From an uncultured Gammaproteobacteria bacterium (GTDB lineage Bacteria > Patescibacteriota > Microgenomatia > Levybacterales > GWA1-39-11), in NCBI GenBank assembly GCA_964448725.1, contig CAYVAJ010000005.1:2137-66136 (forward strand): a DNA stretch of 64,000 nt, written 5' to 3'. Below, piece by piece: positions 58,939 through 64,000 of the stretch (within the stretch, counting starts at the first letter, position 1; every line of letters begins with the position of its first letter). The notes under the pieces are model-generated. The model was given only the letters and a program-made list of their open reading frames with translations, did no database searches and was not told where the DNA came from. The translations under genes were made by a program, and so were the position numbers.

Positions 58939-60128
58939 GGATCAGAAGAAGAAACCACGTCTTCATAGTAGTCATACGCTGCACCTTTTATCGCATTGAC
59001 TTCAGAATCTAAATCATTCCATTTTCGAATAGCAAAATCAATTGCTTTATCATTACCGCGCATATATCCCCAGCGAAATCCGTCTGGACCTGGCGCAACT
59101 CTCTCATGACATGCCACAAAAGTCCATGCCATTTTAATTGATTGGAGCGGATCAAAGATATTCCCATCTTCACCAGCTTCTTTAAATAAATTGTAATAAT
59201 CGAGCGCACGGCCTGGCATAAATTGAATACCAATTGCACCACCACTTTCATTAACCGTAAAATCGACAACATCAGACCCCGGAACATTATTTGGATCAAA
59301 GTTGAGTCCCGTGTCGTCTGATAATAACTCACAAAGCTTTGTAAGTGCAGCTGTATTATTCTGTGCTTCTGGTCCAAAAAGTTGGGTTATTGCTTTTTTA
59401 CTACCAATTGTTTTAAAACCACTCGTCTCTTCCATAATAAGCTTTGCCATTCCCCCTGGATTTATCATCAATTTTTCAGGATCAACAAGTTTTCCTTCCT
59501 CGTCAGCTCTAATTTTAGGCTGCACTTTACGGATAATAGCTTTTGCATCCTCATATGCATCAAGACACATCCCCAAAATTTCCTCATCAACACCATTTTC
59601 TGCACAAAAAGCTTTCTGTACATCTGTAAGCTGTATCATTCCCTCAGTTCCCTTTGCGCGTATTTCAGCCCGTTTTTCAAGCAAACGAATCCGTGCCCCC
59701 AACTCTGCGCACACTGATAATCCCAGATCTATATCTTTGAGAGATTGTACATTTTCAGCAAATTCCATTTCTGCCTCATTTCGCTCATATATAAATAAAT
59801 CCTGCTTCAGAATTGTATTAAGCTTTTCTATAGTCTTGATTTGGCTATCAGACTCAAATGCAGTCTGGTGAATATGTTCACTATTAGAGAGAGTATCGTC
59901 TGTGTGTTGAGTAGATGCTTCAGTATACTGGGGTGATGTTTGATCAACGATCTTTAATGGAGGCACAGTATCAGGAGCCGAGGATACTTTTTTTTCTTCT
60001 CTCCCAAATCCTAACCGACTTGCAGCAACTGCGAATACTCCTGCAGCAAGAGTTTTATTAAATACCCGTCTGGTTACAGGTTTTTGAAGAAGATCAGGAT
60101 TACCTTCGTTTTCACCAAATTCAGACAT
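58935..60128 (-). CDS. MltB-like lytic murein transglycosylase with a Tat-like signal peptide
   Basis: C-terminal GGAIGIQFMPGRALDY...DGNIFDPLQSIKMAWTF parallels the MltB/SLT_2 region (GAMGQTQFMP...DALAS). N-terminal TRRVFNKTLAAGVFAVAA. Overlaps the amidase stop by 4 nt. Confidence 0.6.
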   Translation of the reverse strand: MSEFGENEGNPDLLQKPVTRRVFNKTLAAGVFAVAASRLGFGREEKKVSSAPDTVPPLKIVDQTSPQYTEASTQHTDDTLSNSEHIHQTAFESDSQIKTIEKLNTILKQDLFIYERNEAEMEFAENVQSLKDIDLGLSVCAELGARIRLLEKRAEIRAKGTEGMIQLTDVQKAFCAENGVDEEILGMCLDAYEDAKAIIRKVQPKIRADEEGKLVDPEKLMINPGGMAKLIMEETSGFKTIGSKKAITQLFGPEAQNNTAALTKLCELLSDDTGLNFDPNNVPGSDVVDFTVNESGGAIGIQFMPGRALDYYNLFKEAGEDGNIFDPLQSIKMAWTFVACHERVAPGPDGFRWGYMRGNDKAIDFAIRKWNDLDSEVNAIKGAAYDYYEDVVSSSDP

Positions 60129-60190
60129 GTCTTAATACTACCAAAATTGAGCACAAGTTCAAAGAGAAATAGTAAATAAGAGAGAGATTT

Positions 60191-60523
60191 TTATTCAGTA
60201 CCATTGAGAAGTTTTGTATTATGCGTGCGTCCCCATTTATGCATCATATCGAGTATTGTCTGTACTGATTTACCATACTCGGTTAATGAATACTCCACTT
60301 TTGGAGGGACCACCGGATACACATTGCGCGCAACAAGACCATCTCTCTCAAGTTCACGCAATTGCTGACTCAACATTTTTTGAGTAACACCATCAATACT
60401 CTTATACAGTTCATTAAACCGCATTACCCTATCATCCAACAACCACAGTATGAGTGGCTTCCATTTTCCGCCTATTACCTTAAGTGTTGTTTTTACTGTC
60501 GTACATTCCGAATGAATATTCAT
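60191..60523 (-). CDS. HxlR-family transcriptional regulator
   Basis: Conserved Cys, and [16 protein letters not shown]...RFNEL...[20 protein letters not shown]. Confidence 0.8.
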   Translation of the reverse strand: MNIHSECTTVKTTLKVIGGKWKPLILWLLDDRVMRFNELYKSIDGVTQKMLSQQLRELERDGLVARNVYPVVPPKVEYSLTEYGKSVQTILDMMHKWGRTHNTKLLNGTE

Positions 60524-60641
60524 GCTATCATTTATGTTTGTATGGCACTTTTAGGTACATACTTGCTTATATTATAGTTCCATTATAAAGTATAGTTACA
60601 AATTTAACAAACACTAGTTTTTTCTGTGTTGAAGCATAATT

Positions 60642-61250
60642 ATGGCATACGATACACTTCCTGAAAAAAATATAATTGAAAAAACAGCAGCTGCACTCAA
60701 AGAGCATAATTTTGATGTGCATATAGTTGAAACAGGCGCACAAGCAAAAGAAAAAGCACTTTCTCTTATTCCTAAAAAGGCAGAAGTTATGACTGCGACA
60801 TCAGTTACTCTTGATACGATTGGACTCACTGATATATTAAATGAATCCGGAGACTATAATTCTGTGAAATCAGAACTTGCTGCTTTGGACCGAACAACCC
60901 AACACCGAGAAATGCAACGAATCGGTGCAGCACCAGAATATGTGATCGGTAGTGTTCATGCAATAACACAAGGTGGAAAAGTAATTATTGCTTCAAATAG
61001 CGGCAGTCAACTTCCTGCATACTCCTATGGCGCAGATCATGTTATCTGGGTCGTTGGTGCACAAAAAATAGCTAAAGACTTTGATGAAGCATCAAAACGT
61101 ATCTATGAACGGAGTCTTCCCCTGGAATCTAAACGAGCACAAGAAGCGTATGGGGTGGATGGAAGTTTTGTCAGTAAATTGCTGATATTTAACAAAGAGA
61201 TAAAAGGTAGAATTACTATTATTCTCGTCAATGAAGTGCTTGGATTCTAA
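60642..61250 (+). CDS. LUD-domain (LutC/YkgG-like) protein
   Basis: About 200 aa, a fold related to DUF162/LUD. Divergent from the HxlR gene, which is a common pairing. Confidence 0.6.
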   Translation: MAYDTLPEKNIIEKTAAALKEHNFDVHIVETGAQAKEKALSLIPKKAEVMTATSVTLDTIGLTDILNESGDYNSVKSELAALDRTTQHREMQRIGAAPEYVIGSVHAITQGGKVIIASNSGSQLPAYSYGADHVIWVVGAQKIAKDFDEASKRIYERSLPLESKRAQEAYGVDGSFVSKLLIFNKEIKGRITIILVNEVLGF

Positions 61251-61639
61251 TTATCTCCTGGTTGAGGATCAGGAATAGATTCTGCATACTTTATCACTTT
61301 TTTTTGAAGATCTTCTAACAAAATATCCCCTTTTACCATATATTCACTTGCACCTTCAGAGATAAATTCCTGCTTTCTTTGAGGTCCTGTATTTGTAAGT
61401 ACTATAACTGGTGTTTTCTTCAGTTGTTGATCTTTTTTTATTGTTTTAAGAATCTGTAACCCATCGACTTCTCCCAGAATATCAATATCCAATATAATGA
61501 CATCAAACCTTCCGGAATTAATTTGGCTTAAGGCAGAAATCCCATCTACAGTTTTCTCAACCTCAAGTTGATCCTTAAATAGCTGTTCTAACTCAAAACT
61601 ATATGCTGGGTCATCTTCAACAATCAATAGTTTCTTCAT
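61247..61639 (-). CDS. stand-alone response regulator receiver domain
   Basis: LLIVEDD...DVIILDIDI...K. Confidence 0.8.
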   Translation of the reverse strand: MKKLLIVEDDPAYSFELEQLFKDQLEVEKTVDGISALSQINSGRFDVIILDIDILGEVDGLQILKTIKKDQQLKKTPVIVLTNTGPQRKQEFISEGASEYMVKGDILLEDLQKKVIKYAESIPDPQPGDN

Positions 61640-61773
61640 CTCAAGTTATAGTAACGCGCTTATATAAAAAATGCAATACTTTTTATCTGATTCTTACTAA
61701 ACTATCACAAAAAATGCATGCTTCGCTCATATGATAATACAGTATGAGCATTAGTAAAGGAGGTGAACAGACT

Positions 61774-61917
61774 ATGACATTGGGAACTATTGGACTAAAT
61801 CCACTTGTTGCTTTGTTATTTGGAATCTTAATTCTTATTTTTCCAAGATTTCTTAACTATTTTGTTGCAGCGTATTTAATAATAATCGGTATTTTAGGTC
61901 TGGGAATTTTAGGTTAA
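61774..61917 (+). CDS. unannotated small ORF: 47-aa DUF3096-like membrane protein
   Basis: MTLGTIGLNPLVALLFGILILIFPRFLNYFVAAYLIIIGILGLGILG. Perfect AAGGAGGTG Shine-Dalgarno sequence 8 nt upstream. Below the ORF-track size cutoff. Confidence 0.6.
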   Translation: MTLGTIGLNPLVALLFGILILIFPRFLNYFVAAYLIIIGILGLGILG

Positions 61918-61921
61918 AACC

Positions 61922-62839
61922 TTACTGGGCATCCAATACTGCTTTAAATTCTTCATACGGATGAGCACCGAGTATGTCATCACCTATTATAAAAGTAGGA
62001 GCACCTGGTATTCCTCTTCCTTTTCCATCTTCTTTATCTTTTTCTATATAACTTATAAATTTGTTATTTTCGATGCATGACGCAAATACATCTTTATTCA
62101 GTCCCAATGCTGCCGAATATGATTTCATGAGTGCTCTTGCCTCTTCTTCATTTTTTCCGCTCCATTCACTTTGTTTTACAAATAATGCATCATGGAACGG
62201 CCAGAACTTCCCCTGATCTGCTGCACACATAGCAGCATTATGAGCAATAGGTGCAGTCTTATGCGTACTCAAAGGATAATTTTTAAATATCATTTTCACT
62301 TTACCGGTATCAATATACTCAGCTTTTAGCTGAGGCAGTGTATCTGCAATAAATGAGGCACATTTTAAACACTCAAAATCATAATAAGCAAGTATTGCAA
62401 TCTGCGCATTCGGATCACCTAATACAAAATGAACTGCTGAAAGTGAAGCAGATGGAGTAGCCGTGGCACTAGGCGTAGCAATATTTACAGGAGTTGTTGG
62501 TGTGACAGTTACAGTCGGTAAAAGAGTTGGAGTAATAGTTTCACCTGCTTGACCACCTATATTTTTTTCAATAGTCTGCTCTGTCTCTTCTGATGACTGT
62601 TCTGGTTCTACACTCTCCTGCATCATATCACTCTCATACGCTTCTGATGATTCATTCATCTGAATACGTGCTATTCGCTGCTGTTCTTCTGCCTCATTGA
62701 CTATATTCTGTCCAAAAAAATAAAAACCAGAGAACGCAAGCAAACCAAGCAGGATGGCTACCATTGCAAGTGATGTTTTATAATGTACTCGCAAAAGAAT
62801 TGATTGAAGTAATGATTTCTTTTTTTCCATAAGCGTCAA
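61922..62839 (-). CDS. DsbA-like thiol:disulfide oxidoreductase (BdbD-type), membrane-anchored
   Basis: N-terminal TM, a Thr/Pro linker, a CxxC motif (CLKC) inside a thioredoxin fold (GDPNAQIAILAYYDFEC). Confidence 0.7.
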   Translation of the reverse strand: MTLMEKKKSLLQSILLRVHYKTSLAMVAILLGLLAFSGFYFFGQNIVNEAEEQQRIARIQMNESSEAYESDMMQESVEPEQSSEETEQTIEKNIGGQAGETITPTLLPTVTVTPTTPVNIATPSATATPSASLSAVHFVLGDPNAQIAILAYYDFECLKCASFIADTLPQLKAEYIDTGKVKMIFKNYPLSTHKTAPIAHNAAMCAADQGKFWPFHDALFVKQSEWSGKNEEEARALMKSYSAALGLNKDVFASCIENNKFISYIEKDKEDGKGRGIPGAPTFIIGDDILGAHPYEEFKAVLDAQ

Positions 62840-63259
62840 ATTATAGGTTCAAATAGCTGTGTTGTCAATGAGTAACTGAATAAGTATTTCTGTTATATCT
62901 AAAATGCCAAACATGGATAACTATTGGCACCTCAATCTTACTCCTCAAATGTAAGTTTCGCAACAGAAGAGATGTAAGCATATGCCACTTATTTTGAAAT
63001 CTTCAATAAAGGCAATTACTTATTCTCAAATCAACATAATGATTTAGGTTTTGTATTAAATCCTCATAACATCTCTTATGCTGTAATTTGTGGAATAGGT
63101 AAAAAAAACATTACAAATAGTGCAACTAATAATAAACCTACAAGCCCTGCCACAACTAAGATTCCTTCACGTATTAAATCTTTCTCTTCCATAAACCACA
63201 CTTATATACACACCGCATCTGAAAGATATAAATATGAGGTAAGTATTATTTAAGAAAAG

Positions 63260-63475
63260 TTATTCGATGACAGACGAAGTGTAACCAAGCTTCTCAATAG
63301 CTTTCTGTAGTTGTTTGGTTTCTACTAATTTTTCATCAAATTCAACTATTGTTAACTGTTTAGCATAGTTTGTCGCAGCACTCTTTACTCCTTTGGTATC
63401 TTCCAATTCTCCATCAATAGAAAATGCACAACTCGTACAGTGCATGCCGTCTATTTTGAACTTTGCTTTTATCAT
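63260..63475 (-). CDS. copZ: heavy-metal-associated (HMA) copper chaperone
   Basis: GMHCTSC metal-binding motif. About 71 aa from the internal ATG. Confidence 0.75.
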   Translation of the reverse strand: MIKAKFKIDGMHCTSCAFSIDGELEDTKGVKSAATNYAKQLTIVEFDEKLVETKQLQKAIEKLGYTSSVIE

Positions 63476-63975
63476 ATAACGTAAATCACCCCCCGATACA
63501 TACCCATACTGCACATAAATGGAATTTCCATAGGTTCATTTGGCATAGTTACCGTTAGTGAATCAGTTTGTCCAACCCGTATGATCTTTTGATAATTATA
63601 GTAGGGAATTGCAAACGCTGAGGCACAGCCATATGCGCCGTCATTTGTAAGTTTTAAGGTAACTGTAGAACCTCTTTTAACAGTAAAAGATGCAGGGGTA
63701 TATCCAGTATCAAGGATTGAAATAGTCATACTATCACGTGTTATTGTCTGGGATATGTTCACGGCTGATTTAGAAAATGGTAAACGGACTTGAATACCAG
63801 TGAGCGCAAGTGCATTATTTAAGTTAAAGAGCGCAAGTACTGCAATGACCACAGCTGCAAATCTTATAAATCGAGCGTGTAACACGCTACTTAATTTTGT
63901 AGTAAAGTAACCAAGTAAGAAAAATACGGGTGAGGTTCCTATCGTAAACGCTGCTAAAATCGTTGCGCCAAGCAA
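63472..63975 (-). CDS. cupredoxin-like copper-binding membrane protein (may extend beyond the window end)
   Basis: N-terminal TM helices, and a C-terminal cupredoxin-like domain with a C...H...CSMGMY-type region (PFMCSMGMYRGVIYV). Confidence 0.55.
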   Translation of the reverse strand: MLGATILAAFTIGTSPVFFLLGYFTTKLSSVLHARFIRFAAVVIAVLALFNLNNALALTGIQVRLPFSKSAVNISQTITRDSMTISILDTGYTPASFTVKRGSTVTLKLTNDGAYGCASAFAIPYYNYQKIIRVGQTDSLTVTMPNEPMEIPFMCSMGMYRGVIYVI

Positions 63976-64000
63976 AGGATTACCTGATGCAATTGCCAGC

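Noticed and set aside
63075-63192. Apparent small hydrophobic minus-strand ORF in the dsbA-copZ spacer
   Set aside because: Re-translation from the sequence hits an in-frame TGA after 8 codons, so it is not an ORF.
1-64000. CRISPR arrays, rRNA, tRNA or transposase/IS elements
   Set aside because: No direct-repeat/spacer periodicity beyond the heptamer tracts, and no tRNA-like acceptor/T-arm patterns in the intergenic regions I inspected (this scan was by eye and not exhaustive). No transposase or integrase-like ORF is present; the GC-rich islet lacks recognisable mobility genes.

Overview
This is a low-GC (about 30-35%), gene-dense bacterial chromosomal segment. Genes are short, many products are hypothetical, membrane-anchored or secreted, and many ORFs overlap by ATGA/TAATG. 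That looks like a reduced-genome, CPR/Patescibacteria-like organism, but this is inference; no rRNA or other marker is in the window. Standard genetic code (TGA, TAA and TAG all close confident genes). The conserved backbone is: treS, dnaB, cysS, rpsF-ssb-rpsR, htrA, hisS, rpmE, prfA, proS, ybaB, dnaX, ybeY, rpsU, ychF, alkA-ogt, a sensor kinase, two stand-alone receiver domains, a CtpA-like protease, murein amidase and lytic transglycosylase, and a copper/disulfide cluster at the 3' end. Several ORF-track starts are TTG/GTG read-throughs, so I moved those starts to the first plausible ATG by arithmetic. The strongest anomaly is a compositionally foreign islet at about 49.3-51.3 kb, roughly 50-57% GC against a 30-35% background. 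It carries a AAA_28-type P-loop NTPase fused to a CYTH (triphosphate tunnel metalloenzyme) domain, a divergently transcribed unknown 143-aa gene, and next to it a stand-alone protein made of three topoisomerase-I-type zinc ribbons. Other candidates: an ArsR-FNR-like reductase-orphan GTP cyclohydrolase II-GT2-glutaredoxin operon without the remaining riboflavin genes; a class II Fic protein with operator-like direct repeats; two heptamer tandem repeat tracts, one of which runs into the dnaX reading frame; an unannotated 56-aa C2H2-type zinc-finger ORF; a tandem pair of paralogous membrane-anchored proteins; and a GC-elevated non-coding gap that may hold a structured RNA. No CRISPR array, rRNA or tRNA was recognised.
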